Assembly: GCA_028280575.1 (NCBI GenBank)
Contig: JANQLN010000067.1
Location: 17,325 to 81,324, forward strand
Length of the DNA stretch: 64,000 bases
DNA from: Clostridia bacterium
GTDB taxonomy: Bacteria; Bacillota; Clostridia; Acetivibrionales; STF1-152
Reading direction: 5' to 3'
Shown in pieces: positions 52,857 through 63,870 of the stretch. Position 1 is the first letter of the stretch. The number at the start of each line of letters is the position of its first letter. The translations under genes and the position numbers were made by a program. The notes under the pieces are model-generated. The model did no database searches. It was given only the letters and a program-made list of their open reading frames with translations, and was not told the origin of the DNA.

Positions 52857-54383
52857 TTAACTTCCATATTCGTTCTTTTCAATTGCAATCCGGTTTATAG
52901 CATTGAGATAAGCCTTTATACTGGCTTCAATTACATCCGTACTGATACCTCTTCCCACAAATATGCCGCCTTTTAATGAAACCCTGACCGTAACTTCCCC
53001 CAGTGCGTCCTTACCTTCTGTTACTGCTTTAAGCCCGTAATCTTCAAGCTTCAAATCCAATCCCACAACTCTTTCCATTGCATTAAAAGCAGCATCGACA
53101 GGGCCGTCACCGGTAGCCGCTTCGGTGGTTACCACACCGTTTCTTTTTATGCCGACCACTGCAGTTGATATAAGCTTGTTTCCGCTATTTATCTGGAAGC
53201 TTACCAGTTCAAATACTTCAGGAACCTGTGAAACCTTTTCCTCAATAAGAGCTTCAATATCCCTGTCAAGTACAATCTTCTTTTTATCCGCCAATGCCTT
53301 GAATTTTTCAAAGGCCTTTTTAATCTCTTCTTTTGAAAGGGCAGTATACCCCATTTCCTTTAATCTTTCCTCAAATGCATGCCTTCCTGAAAGCTTCCCA
53401 AGAATCATCCTGTTTTGAGTAAGCCCTATCGATTCAGGCGTCATAATTTCATAAGTACTTTTTTCGGAAAGGACACCATGCTGGTGTATTCCTGACTCAT
53501 GTGCAAAAGCATTGGAACCTACAATTGCCTTATTCGGCTGTACCTTAATTCCCGTAAGGCTGCTTACAAGCTTGCTGGTTCTGTAAATCTGTGTAGTATC
53601 AATTGAATGATTCACATTAAAATAGTCTTTCCTGGTTCCAATAGCCATAATTAATTCTTCAATTGCCGCATTACCTGCACGCTCACCCAGCCCATTAACT
53701 GTACACTCAAGCTGTGTTGCACCATTTTCCAGGGCAGCAAGGCTGTTGGCAGCAGCAAGCCCAAGGTCGTTATGGCAGTGAACACTAATATCCGCTTTAT
53801 CTATATTTGTCACATTATTCTTAATACCATTTATTAACGTACCAAACTCATGGGGTACGGTGTATCCTACCGTATCGGGTATATTAACACAGGTAGCCCC
53901 TGCTTTTATGACTGCTTCCAGTATCCTGTATAAAAATTCGGGACGGGACCTGCCTGCATCTTCCGGTGAAAACTCAATGTCTTCACAGTATTTTTTTGCA
54001 TACCTGACCATGGCAGCGGCTCTATCCAATACCTGCTCTTCAGTCATTCTTAATTTGTGCTTCATATGAATATCCGAAGTGGCAATAAATGTATGAATAC
54101 GAGGACTGGCAGCTTCCTTAACCGCTTCCCAGGCTCTGTCAATATCCTTTTCCATTGTGCGTGCCAGGCTGGCTATAGTGCATTTTTTTATGTGCCTTGC
54201 CACTTCCCTGACAGCCTCAAAATCACCTGGAGATGCTACGGCAAAGCCTGCTTCTATGACATCCACGCCAAGCCTTTCCAACTGGGCCGCTATCTCCAGT
54301 TTTTCATGCAGGTTAAGATTGACTCCCGGCGTTTGTTCTCCATCTCTTAAGGTGGTATCAAATATTTTTATTTGCTTCTCCAT
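52857..54383 (-). CDS. leuA: 2-isopropylmalate synthase
   Basis: Contains [20 protein letters not shown] and a C-terminal LeuA dimerisation/regulatory domain. Confidence 0.9.
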   Translation of the reverse strand: MEKQIKIFDTTLRDGEQTPGVNLNLHEKLEIAAQLERLGVDVIEAGFAVASPGDFEAVREVARHIKKCTIASLARTMEKDIDRAWEAVKEAASPRIHTFIATSDIHMKHKLRMTEEQVLDRAAAMVRYAKKYCEDIEFSPEDAGRSRPEFLYRILEAVIKAGATCVNIPDTVGYTVPHEFGTLINGIKNNVTNIDKADISVHCHNDLGLAAANSLAALENGATQLECTVNGLGERAGNAAIEELIMAIGTRKDYFNVNHSIDTTQIYRTSKLVSSLTGIKVQPNKAIVGSNAFAHESGIHQHGVLSEKSTYEIMTPESIGLTQNRMILGKLSGRHAFEERLKEMGYTALSKEEIKKAFEKFKALADKKKIVLDRDIEALIEEKVSQVPEVFELVSFQINSGNKLISTAVVGIKRNGVVTTEAATGDGPVDAAFNAMERVVGLDLKLEDYGLKAVTEGKDALGEVTVRVSLKGGIFVGRGISTDVIEASIKAYLNAINRIAIEKNEYGS

Positions 54384-54463
54384 GCTAACCCCTCCTTAAG
54401 ATTATATATAGCTATGGCAATTTATATGCCATAGCCATATAATCTTCACTCCCGTATTTGGGA

Positions 54464-55462
54464 TTACTTTTTAAGCCAGCTCATCATCTTTCTCAATTCC
54501 TTACCCACTTTTTCAAGCCCGGTATCTGCTTCCCTTCTTCTCATAGAGAGAAATTCTGCTTTCCCGCCGGAATTGTTTTCAGCTATCCACCTGGAAGCAA
54601 ATGTTCCGTTCTGAATTTCAGAAAGTATATTTTTCATTTCCTTCCTTGTTTCTTCCGTAATTATCCTTTTACCTGTACTATAGTCGCCATATTCTGCAGT
54701 ATCACTTATTGAATACCTCATATATTCATAACCTCCCTGGTTAATGAGGTCAACAATCAGCTTCATTTCATGAATACACTCAAAGTATGCTATTTCAGGC
54801 TGGTAACCGGCTTCAACAAGGGTTTCAAAACCGGCTTTCATTAATTCGGTAACACCGCCGCACAGTACGGCCTGTTCACCAAACAGGTCTGTTTCCGTTT
54901 CTTCGTTAAATGTAGTTTCGAGTATTCCTGCCCTGCCGGCTCCTATACCTGAGGCATATGCAAGTGCAATGTCCATCGCCTTCCCGCTTGCGTCCCGGTG
55001 CACTGCAATAATAGCCGGAACACCTTTACCCTCCTGGTATTGGCTTCTAACCGTATGGCCCGGACCTTTGGGTGCCACCATTATAACGTCAACAAAATCC
55101 GGAGGTACAATTTGACTGAAATGGATGTTGAATCCATGAGCAAACATAAGTACATTACCTTCTTCAAGATTTCCCTCTATGCTTTGCTTATAAATAGACG
55201 CCTGCAATTGGTCGGGTGCAAGGATCATTATAATGTCTCCCATCTTTGCGGCTTCCTGCGTATCTGCAACCTTTAAACCATCCTCAGCCACCTTCTGTCT
55301 TTCTTCGGCAAACTGTGGGGGCAAACCGACTACCACATTAACCCCGCTTTCATTTAAATTCTGTGCATGCGCATGCCCCTGGCTCCCATAGCCTATTATC
55401 GCCACTGTTTTACCATCCAACAATCCTAAATTACAATCACTATCGTAATACATCTTTGCCAT
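54464..55462 (-). CDS. ilvC: Ketol-acid reductoisomerase (class I)
   Basis: Contains [15 protein letters not shown] and typical class I C-terminal knotted-domain blocks. Confidence 0.92.
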   Translation of the reverse strand: MAKMYYDSDCNLGLLDGKTVAIIGYGSQGHAHAQNLNESGVNVVVGLPPQFAEERQKVAEDGLKVADTQEAAKMGDIIMILAPDQLQASIYKQSIEGNLEEGNVLMFAHGFNIHFSQIVPPDFVDVIMVAPKGPGHTVRSQYQEGKGVPAIIAVHRDASGKAMDIALAYASGIGAGRAGILETTFNEETETDLFGEQAVLCGGVTELMKAGFETLVEAGYQPEIAYFECIHEMKLIVDLINQGGYEYMRYSISDTAEYGDYSTGKRIITEETRKEMKNILSEIQNGTFASRWIAENNSGGKAEFLSMRRREADTGLEKVGKELRKMMSWLKK

Positions 55463-55519
55463 TTAACTACACTCCTTTGGTTTATAAATATTATTATATT
55501 ATTTTCGGCAATACAGCTT

Positions 55520-56023
55520 TTAAGTGTTATCAATTTCTATAATCTTATTCCCTCTGTCAATAGCTATAGTACCGGTCCTGACAATTTCCCTGATGCCAAA
55601 CTGCCTTACCATATCCACAAGTGCTTCAATTTTTTCCGTAGGACCTGAAATCTCTATGGTAAGGGTAGTCTTTGATACATCTACGATATTTCCCCTGAAA
55701 ATCTCAACTATCTGGATTATCTCCGACCTGGTGGAGGCATCGGCATTAACCTTCAATAATACAAGCTCTCTGCTGACAGAATCCGCTTTATCCAATTGCT
55801 TGATTTTTATAACATCAATCAACTTGTTAAGCTGCTTGCTTACCTGTTCCACTATGTATTCATCCCCGTCAACCACTATGGTCATCCTGGAAACCTGCGG
55901 GTTTTCAGTAACTCCAACCGTAAGACTGTCGATATTGAATCCTCTCCTGCTGAAAAGACCTGCTACTCTTGATAGTACTCCCGCATGATTTTCCACCAAT
56001 ACGGACAAAGTATGTTTAGCCAT
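55520..56023 (-). CDS. ilvN: Acetolactate synthase small (regulatory) subunit
   Basis: The N-terminal ACT block is HTLSVLVENHAGVLSRVAGLFSRRGFNIDSL. The protein is 167 aa. Confidence 0.9.
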   Translation of the reverse strand: MAKHTLSVLVENHAGVLSRVAGLFSRRGFNIDSLTVGVTENPQVSRMTIVVDGDEYIVEQVSKQLNKLIDVIKIKQLDKADSVSRELVLLKVNADASTRSEIIQIVEIFRGNIVDVSKTTLTIEISGPTEKIEALVDMVRQFGIREIVRTGTIAIDRGNKIIEIDNT

Positions 56024-56070
56024 CCATAACTCCTCCTTCTATAATTACCATTGCCTGCGTCCTGTTTACC

Positions 56071-57699
56071 TTACAGTGTCGGTTCTTCCGGATCTACCAT
56101 GCATTCAAGCAGATAAGGCCCGTCATTTTCCATCATTCTATCCAATGCTCCGTCTATCTCTTCATTTGAAGATATCCTTTCACCCGTGAAACCATATGCC
56201 TCTACAAGCTTAATAAAATCCGGGTTGTCTTCCAGGATAACGGCAGAATACCTGCCGCAGTATTTAAGTTTTTGCAGCTCCCTGACCATTCCAAGTGTTG
56301 AATTGTTAAACAGCACTATTTTAACACCAAGCTTATATTGCTTAATTGTACCAAGCTCTTGCAATGACATCTGGAAGCTTCCGTCTCCGCTTATTGAAAG
56401 AACCTTAGCCTGGGGCCTGCCTATTTTAACTCCGACAGCGGAAGGCAATCCGTAGCCCATTGTACCTAAACCGCCCGATGTTATAAAAGTCCTGGGATTC
56501 ATTATTCTTAAGTGGCTTGCAGCCCATATTTGATTTTGTCCTACTTCCGTAGTTATTATTGTGTCTTCATCTATAATACCGGATAATCTGTCAAGGAAAT
56601 ACCCGGGATTGACTGTTGTGCTTTCCATCTTTATTTCAGTATGCTTTTGGTTTTTCAATACATTTTCCTCTAGCTTGAAAATCCAATGGGATTTATCACC
56701 ATGGGTTGAAATCTCCCCCAGTTTTTTCAAGCTCTCTTTGATGTCCCCTACGACAGGTATGGAAGTCCCGATATTTTTGCCTATTTCGGCAGGATCAATA
56801 TCAATATGGGCAATAACTGCTCTTTTTGCTATATCATGTGCAGCACCCATCGCCCTGTCACCGACCCTTGCTCCCAGTATTAAAAGCATATCGGCATTGT
56901 AGAGGGCATTATTTGCCCCATAGCTTCCATGTGAACCCAGCATTCCCAGATTCATGGGATGCTCACTGGGTATGGAACCTATTCCCATCAATGTAGTTAC
57001 TACGGGTATACCGCATTTTTCAATTAATTCAATCAATTCCGCCGAGGCATTTGCCGATATTATTCCGCCGCCTGCACATATCAACGGTCTTTGTGCATTT
57101 TTAACAGCCTCCGCAACCTTTTTTATCTGCAGCAGGTGTCCCCTGTAAGTCGGCTTATATCCTTTAATATTTACACTTTCAGGATATATAAAGCCGATTT
57201 TTTGAATTTGCATGTCAATTGGTATGTCAATCAATACCGGTCCCGGCCTGCCCGTTGAAGCTATATGGAAAGCTTCCTTCATTATCCTGGGTATATCATT
57301 TGCATCTTTCACCAGATAATTGTGCTTGCAAAACGGAGTTGTTGCACCGGTAATATCAACCTCCTGGAAAACATCTCTTCCAATAAGACCTGTCTCAACC
57401 TGTCCTGTAATAGCTATCATTGGTATGGAATCCATATATGCGGTAGCAATTCCTGTTATCAGGTTTGTAGCTCCGGGACCGGATGTTGCGGCACAAACGC
57501 CAACCTTATCGGTTGCCCTGGAGTATCCGCTTGCAGCATGTGCCGCTCCTTGTTCGTGCCTTGTCAGTATATGCATGATACCAGAGTCCAAAAGCGCGTC
57601 ATAAAACGGGCAAATAGCAGCCCCCGGATACCCGAAAACTACTTTGACATTTTCATTCTCCAAACACTTTACAAGTGCTTCAGCGCCTGTTATTTTCAT
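56071..57699 (-). CDS. ilvB: Acetolactate synthase large (catalytic) subunit
   Basis: TPP-enzyme layout with the block GDGSFQM...N. RBS is GGGAGGG. Confidence 0.9.
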   Translation of the reverse strand: MKITGAEALVKCLENENVKVVFGYPGAAICPFYDALLDSGIMHILTRHEQGAAHAASGYSRATDKVGVCAATSGPGATNLITGIATAYMDSIPMIAITGQVETGLIGRDVFQEVDITGATTPFCKHNYLVKDANDIPRIMKEAFHIASTGRPGPVLIDIPIDMQIQKIGFIYPESVNIKGYKPTYRGHLLQIKKVAEAVKNAQRPLICAGGGIISANASAELIELIEKCGIPVVTTLMGIGSIPSEHPMNLGMLGSHGSYGANNALYNADMLLILGARVGDRAMGAAHDIAKRAVIAHIDIDPAEIGKNIGTSIPVVGDIKESLKKLGEISTHGDKSHWIFKLEENVLKNQKHTEIKMESTTVNPGYFLDRLSGIIDEDTIITTEVGQNQIWAASHLRIMNPRTFITSGGLGTMGYGLPSAVGVKIGRPQAKVLSISGDGSFQMSLQELGTIKQYKLGVKIVLFNNSTLGMVRELQKLKYCGRYSAVILEDNPDFIKLVEAYGFTGERISSNEEIDGALDRMMENDGPYLLECMVDPEEPTL

Positions 57700-57791
57700 A
57701 TTAGATACCCTCCCTTCACATATTATACCTAAAACACATTCAAAAAAACAGCTGCATTTGAAAAAACATCTATAATATTGCTCCTATTAAT

Positions 57792-58045
57792 AAAAAACCT
57801 TTCGCCCATATATAAGGACGAAAGGTATAAGCTCCGCGGTACCACCTTATTTCTATACATTGTTGCCAATATATACTTAAGCAAGCATAAAATACTTGGA
57901 CTATTAACGTAAGTCAGCGCATCACCTACTGATATTCAGTGATGAGGCTCAAGAACGAGCTATATGTACTACCGTTCCGGTTCACACCAACCACCGGCTC
58001 TCTTTGAATCAATATGTACAGTTTTTTTCCCTCAACGCCTTAATC
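57792..58045 (-). promoter_or_regulatory. T-box leader (tRNA-sensing riboswitch), probable Leu (CUC) specifier
   Basis: Minus-strand elements: K-turn-like GTTGAG...CTTGAGCC, an AGAGAG bay (58003-57998), a distal-loop GGTGTGAA, the T-box AAGGTGGTACCGCGG (57848-57834), and the terminator ACCTTTCG...CGAAAGGT plus TTTTTT (57826-57792). By analogy with glyQS, the specifier is CTC at 57959-57957. Confidence 0.85.
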
Positions 58046-58065
58046 TTTTATTTTAATTTTTACTT

Positions 58066-58094
58066 ATTGTAACAGTGGACAGTTATATTGTCAA
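58066..58094 (-). promoter_or_regulatory. Sigma-A promoter of the T-box/ilvB transcript
   Basis: On the minus strand: TTGACA (58094-58089), a 17-nt spacer, then TACAAT (58071-58066). Confidence 0.7.
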
Positions 58095-58236
58095 CAATAT
58101 TTTAATTTTTTAGTACTGATGCTGCAGGGAAAAAACTTTTAAAAGCCACGTTTTTAAAAAATCTTTCGCTGTAGTACAAATTGCTTTTTTTAGACATATT
58201 TATTATCTTATAGCAAGTAAAGCCTGGTATTTTATC

Positions 58237-58530
58237 TCATAGAAATATCTTTTTTTTTGTAGTCCCTTCTATTTTTCCTATACCGTAGCCATAACAAAAA
58301 GACTGGTACATGCTGGACACTATAATTTCACTTAAAAACCTTGTTTCTTCTTTACTAAAGCCAATATCTGTTATTCTCATAAAATCCTTTGCCTTATCCT
58401 CTGCGAGGAGTTTTATTGCTCCGCGCGTTCCTTCCAGCTCATTTAAAAGCTTTCTTTTTCCCTGTTCAAGATATGATTTTATAGTCTTTTCAAAATTATT
58501 TTCGCTATTTTTGTAATTAAAGCTTTCCAT
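58237..58530 (-). CDS. Hypothetical 97-aa protein
   Basis: Good RBS (CCGGAGGT). I recognised no family. It is flanked by a hairpin upstream and the ilv promoter downstream. Confidence 0.5.
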   Translation of the reverse strand: MESFNYKNSENNFEKTIKSYLEQGKRKLLNELEGTRGAIKLLAEDKAKDFMRITDIGFSKEETRFLSEIIVSSMYQSFCYGYGIGKIEGTTKKKIFL

Positions 58531-58587
58531 GAAATACCTCCGGTTATTTGTATATGGATAATCCTTCCCAATAACATACCGGTTTTA

Positions 58588-58630
58588 TACCAAAAAACAA
58601 AAAAGAGGCTTTCTTTTTTGTTTTTTGGTA
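58588..58630. terminator. A/T-only 19-bp perfect hairpin between htrA and the 97-aa gene (probable terminator)
   Basis: TACCAAAAAACAAAAAAGA-ggctt-TCTTTTTTGTTTTTTGGTA. Confidence 0.5.
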
Positions 58631-58663
58631 CTGCCTATTTGCGTATGGTCCTTTCTGTAATAC

Positions 58664-59869
58664 TTACCTTGTCAGAAGCCTGTCGCCTTTTTTTTCTGCA
58701 AGCTTAATCTGCACTGTTTTAAACTCGTTTTCACCTTCTGGAAGATATTTAACAGTTATTATATCTCCGGGATTTTTGGAATAAATAAAAGCTCTTAATT
58801 GGATCATAGTATCTATAAGCCTGCCGTCAACTGTTTCAATTATACAGCCTTCCCGGATTCCTGCCTTATATGCGGGGCCTTTTTTATCTGCGCTGGCAAC
58901 ATAAATCCCATTGTCCACTTTTATATTATTAAGAAAAGGGATAGTCTCCTTGTCATAAGCAAATACTCCTATATAAGGCTCGTTAAATTCTCCTTTTTCT
59001 ATAAAGCTCTTAATTACAGGGGCAACAGCATTTATTGGAACCGCAAATCCGATAGCCTCCGCACTTGCCACCTTGACTGTATTTATTCCTATTATCTCAC
59101 CCTTTGAATTTAAGAGCGGGCCGCCGCTGTTACCCGGATTGATACTGGCATCGGTTTGAATAAGGTCTTCCATATAATTGGCTCCCCGCTCTGTTTCAAT
59201 ACTGATTGTCCTGTTTAATGCACTTATGACACCAGAAGTAACCGACCTTTGAAATTGCAGCCCTAACGGATTTCCAATGGCAACAGCAGTTTCACCAACC
59301 TGGATATTATCTGAATTGCCAATAGCAGCGGCAATTAAACCGTCTTCATTTATTTTCACAATAGCAAGGTCCATTACAGGCTCGGACCAAAGAGTGACAC
59401 CATCAACATTTCTTCCGTCGGAAAGGGAGACAACTATTCTTTCACTTTTGCCTCCGGCTACATGATGATTTGTAACTATATATCCATTTGGACTTACAAT
59501 TACTCCCGTTCCAACTCCCCATTTTTCCGACACATCGGTATCAAACAGTGCACGGTTTTCAACCTTGAGGACAGATATACCCACAACAGCCGGAGATACA
59601 TTTTTAGCGACCTGTACCACCGTGGATGGGTTATCATCCGTTTCAGCCTCCACAAGCTGGGGCCGGGGAAGCATATCACTGATGTTTTCTCCAGGAACAA
59701 CATCTGGAGCTTCCCTGTTAAAATTCCTGGCTACATATCCTGTTGTAAGTATAAAAACAATTATACCCACAATCAATGATGCAAATATGGAAGTGAATAA
59801 AATGCTTAAAAATCCTCTTTTTTCTCTTGCTTTAAACAACCTGATCATCCTTTTCCAACTTATTGACAT
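58664..59869 (-). CDS. htrA: HtrA/DegP-family serine protease (trypsin-like domain plus PDZ) with an N-terminal membrane anchor
   Basis: Catalytic blocks are TNHHV, D...AIVKI and GNSGGPLL. A C-terminal PDZ domain is present. Confidence 0.88.
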   Translation of the reverse strand: MSISWKRMIRLFKAREKRGFLSILFTSIFASLIVGIIVFILTTGYVARNFNREAPDVVPGENISDMLPRPQLVEAETDDNPSTVVQVAKNVSPAVVGISVLKVENRALFDTDVSEKWGVGTGVIVSPNGYIVTNHHVAGGKSERIVVSLSDGRNVDGVTLWSEPVMDLAIVKINEDGLIAAAIGNSDNIQVGETAVAIGNPLGLQFQRSVTSGVISALNRTISIETERGANYMEDLIQTDASINPGNSGGPLLNSKGEIIGINTVKVASAEAIGFAVPINAVAPVIKSFIEKGEFNEPYIGVFAYDKETIPFLNNIKVDNGIYVASADKKGPAYKAGIREGCIIETVDGRLIDTMIQLRAFIYSKNPGDIITVKYLPEGENEFKTVQIKLAEKKGDRLLTR

Positions 59870-59975
59870 TAGAGATTTTTTCCTGTCCCCTTAAAGTCAA
59901 TAATATTATTTCATTATAAAAGAAAAAGAATTCATGGTTTATGCACATATTGATATGATTATGTTTTTTACTTAG

Positions 59976-60158
59976 CTAAGTTAATATTTTCTTTACACTT
60001 TTTTCAAATTTTGGGCGGGGCAGCATTACCTGGTGTCCGCACCCGGAGCATTTTATCCTGAAATCCATGCCTGTCCTGGTTATCTCCCAATGCTTGCTTC
60101 CACATGGATGCTGTTTTTTAAGTTCAACAACATCACCCACATTAAATTCACGTACCAT
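59976..60158 (-). CDS. DUF951 family small protein
   Basis: 60 aa from the ATG at 60158 (GGAG 9 nt upstream). Contains VGDVVELKKQHPCGS..W.I.R.G.D.RIKC..CGH.VM.PR..FEK. Confidence 0.7.
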   Translation of the reverse strand: MVREFNVGDVVELKKQHPCGSKHWEITRTGMDFRIKCSGCGHQVMLPRPKFEKSVKKILT

Positions 60159-60393
60159 GATCACCATCTCCAAAACCACTATTTTTAAATTACAGACAGA
60201 TATTTTTCCTTAACTCTTAAAACAGGTCATTTACAATGTATAATGAAATTGTAGCATAGTGTTCTATGTATTGTAAACATTACCCACGTTTTGGATTGAG
60301 TCAATTTACTGCAGGGAAAAAAAGAACAGATGACATCCTGTTATTTCCACTTCGGTCACTCCCTTGACAACAAGCATCTCCCATCAGTTATAT

Positions 60394-62016
60394 TTAATTA
60401 GGTATAATACCGGACACATCAACTTTCGACGGTTGTCCATTGAACTTATAATCATTAACTAATTCTTTATTGAATATTACAAGTTCCCTAGAATATGAAA
60501 CCGGAACATACAATGCTTCCTGGTGCAATGTTGTCAAAATATAATCATAGATTTTTTGAACTTTTTCGCTATCAACCGTATTTGACAATTCTTTTATTTT
60601 CTTATCTATTTCCGGTTTCACAGCTAATCCTTGCTGCACTGGATTGTTCCAGCTTGGAACAGCCATAATACTGATAAATATCTGTGGATCATAGGGTATT
60701 CCCATTGTTTCTACTGTTGAGATTGTAAAATTACCTTCAGCAGCCTTTCCAAACCAAGCCATACGTTCCAACCCGGTTACCTTGACATCAAATCCTATTT
60801 CTTTGAGCTGCCCGGCTAAAGCCAGTGAAACATCCTCTTCTACACCTACACCCGATTTAAAAAGTATTTCGGCTTCCAATCGCTGCCCTTCTTTTTCTCT
60901 GATCCCACTTTTGCCTATTGCCGGCCATCCTGCTTGATCCAGCAGGTCTTTTGCCTTTTCAACATCATAATCGTAAGCTTCCAAAGAAACATCACAATAA
61001 GGCAGCTTGGGATTCAATAAGAAATCCGCTTTTGTTTCGATTCCATAAAGCAAATTGTCACATATTACCTTTTTGTTAATTGCATGTTGGACTGCAAGCC
61101 TAACATTCTTATCATCAAAAGGAGGTTTTGTGGTATTAAGCATTATACCATTGGTTTTATTTTCGGCTTGGGATACTTTAGCTTCAAATTTACCATCGCT
61201 TGAGAATTCTGAAAAGGCATCATAAGTAATGTTGTTTGCACCGACAATCATGTCTATTTCTCCGGCTCTGAGGGCCATTATTCTTGATTCCATATCAGGT
61301 ATTATTTTTACAGCGAATTGTTTGACTGCAGGCTGCTCACTCCAATAATTGTCATTTATGACAAATGTGTATTCCTGCCCCTTTATAAAACTATCCAGCA
61401 TATATGGACCGGTCCCAAAAGTTTTAGAATCAGCTCCCTCTGAAAGGCCTTCTTCCGTATATGCATTAGGAGACATCATCCCATAAGGGCCTCCATTTGT
61501 TAATTCCTGTAATGCTCCGTAATAAGGATTGGCTAGGACAAGCTTTACAGTGTAATTATCAATAACCTGCACTTCATCTAATGTTCTTAACACATTAAAA
61601 GCACTGACAAACATTTCCGGCCAAATTTTTGGAATCATATCAAAGTTCTTTTTTACGACCTCTGCATTAAAGTCTGCACCATCAGAAAACTTAACTCCCT
61701 TTTTCAGCTTGAATGTAATTTCATTTTCATTCACTTCCCACGATTCGGCCAAGCCGGGCGTAATAGTTCCTTTTTCATAATTGACTAAGGTTTCGTAAAA
61801 ATTTGCAAGGTAAAATGTGGCTGCCATTTCATTCGCAAGTGGAGTTATATTACTACTACCAATAAGGTCAGCGCTTTGGCACATAACTATTTTATTGATA
61901 TCCTTTTCTGAGCTTTCGGCTCCGATTTCTGCAGCATCTCTGTCGGGTGTGCAGCCAACTGCCAATGATACAACCAGCAACATAACTGCTAAAACAGTTG
62001 TTATTTTTTTTATCAT
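60394..62016 (-). CDS. ABC transporter substrate-binding lipoprotein, family 5 (peptide/nickel/opine type)
   Basis: Lipobox LAVGC and an SBP_bac_5-like body of 540 aa. Confidence 0.8.
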   Translation of the reverse strand: MIKKITTVLAVMLLVVSLAVGCTPDRDAAEIGAESSEKDINKIVMCQSADLIGSSNITPLANEMAATFYLANFYETLVNYEKGTITPGLAESWEVNENEITFKLKKGVKFSDGADFNAEVVKKNFDMIPKIWPEMFVSAFNVLRTLDEVQVIDNYTVKLVLANPYYGALQELTNGGPYGMMSPNAYTEEGLSEGADSKTFGTGPYMLDSFIKGQEYTFVINDNYWSEQPAVKQFAVKIIPDMESRIMALRAGEIDMIVGANNITYDAFSEFSSDGKFEAKVSQAENKTNGIMLNTTKPPFDDKNVRLAVQHAINKKVICDNLLYGIETKADFLLNPKLPYCDVSLEAYDYDVEKAKDLLDQAGWPAIGKSGIREKEGQRLEAEILFKSGVGVEEDVSLALAGQLKEIGFDVKVTGLERMAWFGKAAEGNFTISTVETMGIPYDPQIFISIMAVPSWNNPVQQGLAVKPEIDKKIKELSNTVDSEKVQKIYDYILTTLHQEALYVPVSYSRELVIFNKELVNDYKFNGQPSKVDVSGIIPN

Positions 62017-62120
62017 TTTCTTGTTTCCTTTCGGCTTCTAATATTTGAGTGATAAACAGGTACATAATACTATATCTAAATATATTTAACTCTTCTCAGG
62101 TCTTCAGCCTTTCTCTAAGA

Positions 62121-63869
62121 TTAAACTTTGGCTGTTCGTTCTATTTTCCAAGCTCTGCTTTTTTCCCGCTTGTTCCAAAGTGTTTTGTAGAGACCCTCTT
62201 TTTGCATCAAGTCTATATGTTTTCCTCTGTCGGTTATGTGTCCGTCCTCTATGACAAGAATAGTGTCTGCATTTTTAATGGTAGAGAGCTTATGAGCAAT
62301 AACAATGATAGTTTTGTGGGCAATAAGCTCGCTAATAGCTTCCTGAATAAGGTTTTCATTGTCAGGATCAACGCTGGCCGTTGCCTCATCCAACAGAATA
62401 ATTGGCGCATCCTTTAAGATAGCTCTGGCAATAGAAATCCGTTGTTTCTCTCCTCCCGAAAGTGAAGCTCCCCCTTCACCAATTATGGTGTCAAAACCCT
62501 CGTCGTACTCCATAATAAAATCATAGCATCTGGCCTTTTTAGCCGCATTAATCACTGCTTCGTTCGTAGCGTTTTTGTTTCCGAAAGCAATATTATTGTA
62601 AATGCTGTCGTTGAAGAGATATACATTTTGAAATACCATGCTGATATTTTCCATGAGGCTTACAAAAGATATATCTTTAATATTTTTTCCGCCAATACGT
62701 ATTTCGCCTTTATTCACATCCCAAAAACGCGCGATAAGATTGGTAATAGTCGTTTTTCCGCACCCGCTCTTTCCGACCAGAGCTGTCAGACTTTTTTCTT
62801 TCGCAATAAAGCTCATATTGTGAAGAATCTCTTTTTTGTCATAGGAAAAGGAAACTTGAGAAAATTCGATATCGAAGCTTTCTATCTTTGACAGAGTTCC
62901 TTCATCACGGATTTTTTCAGTAATCATTGCCTTTTCATACCGGTTAAGCGCGGCTTCCATCAGACGAATATCAGCAGTCACGGAAGACAACACGTTTATA
63001 GGCTTAAAAATTTCAAAGGCCATGATTGAAAACATGAGCAAATATGCCAGATAATCATAGTTTGTTAAGACCGCATTAGCGTATAAATATATGATTACAC
63101 CAATTGCGATTACTGTTATAATTTCGATATACATAAGAGGGATCGTGAAATTATTTGCATACCTGATTTGAGCATTTTTAAAATCCTTAAATTGATTTAT
63201 TATTTTTTTGTGCCGGTTTCCTGTCAAGCTAAATGCTTTGATCACTTCCATTCCTTTTACGTATTCAACAATACCACCTACAACATGTTGCTGTGTTTCC
63301 TGAGATTCTTCAGAACATTTTTTGGCAATTTTTTGTATATTTCTAAAGAGAAAAGCACATGGAATGTAGGTAATCATGGTTATAATGGCCACAGGCGTAC
63401 TGATAAAGAATAGCATAATTAAAATAATCGCCGATCCAAAAAGAGTGGATACCAGATCACCCAGTTTTACAGCGCCAAATTCTTCAATATATTTTATGTC
63501 CGAGGTCACCACCGCCGTTAAATCACCGATATTACCGTCTGTAAAATAGCCCATTGCAAAACGTTTTATGCGATTTGCCAGCTTTAATCGTTCTTCTCCG
63601 AAAATTTCATAGGCGGGCACAGAAAGATATATTCTTCCAATATAGTTAAATATACAGCCTAGAATTAAATCACCGGCCAATACTGCTGAAAGAATATAGA
63701 TATCATTTATGGTTAAACTCTTATCAATAATTTTAGTAAGTGCAAATAAAATCAGTATAAAAGGAATTCTTGTAGTTATCCCCTCTAATATTCTGGCAAT
63801 CATTCCTATTATAATTTTCTTTTTTCTTGTTCCGGATAATCGAATAATTCTGTATAAGATATTGATCAT
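62121..63869 (-). CDS. ABC transporter, fused transmembrane and ATPase subunit (exporter-type fold)
   Basis: An N-terminal six-helix ABC_membrane domain. Walker A is GKSGCGKTT, the signature is LSGGEKQR and Walker B is ILLDEATS. The ATG at 63869 lies 1 nt after the upstream gene's stop, preceded by GGAGG. Confidence 0.85.
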   Translation of the reverse strand: MINILYRIIRLSGTRKKKIIIGMIARILEGITTRIPFILILFALTKIIDKSLTINDIYILSAVLAGDLILGCIFNYIGRIYLSVPAYEIFGEERLKLANRIKRFAMGYFTDGNIGDLTAVVTSDIKYIEEFGAVKLGDLVSTLFGSAIILIMLFFISTPVAIITMITYIPCAFLFRNIQKIAKKCSEESQETQQHVVGGIVEYVKGMEVIKAFSLTGNRHKKIINQFKDFKNAQIRYANNFTIPLMYIEIITVIAIGVIIYLYANAVLTNYDYLAYLLMFSIMAFEIFKPINVLSSVTADIRLMEAALNRYEKAMITEKIRDEGTLSKIESFDIEFSQVSFSYDKKEILHNMSFIAKEKSLTALVGKSGCGKTTITNLIARFWDVNKGEIRIGGKNIKDISFVSLMENISMVFQNVYLFNDSIYNNIAFGNKNATNEAVINAAKKARCYDFIMEYDEGFDTIIGEGGASLSGGEKQRISIARAILKDAPIILLDEATASVDPDNENLIQEAISELIAHKTIIVIAHKLSTIKNADTILVIEDGHITDRGKHIDLMQKEGLYKTLWNKREKSRAWKIERTAKV

Positions 63870-63870
63870 A

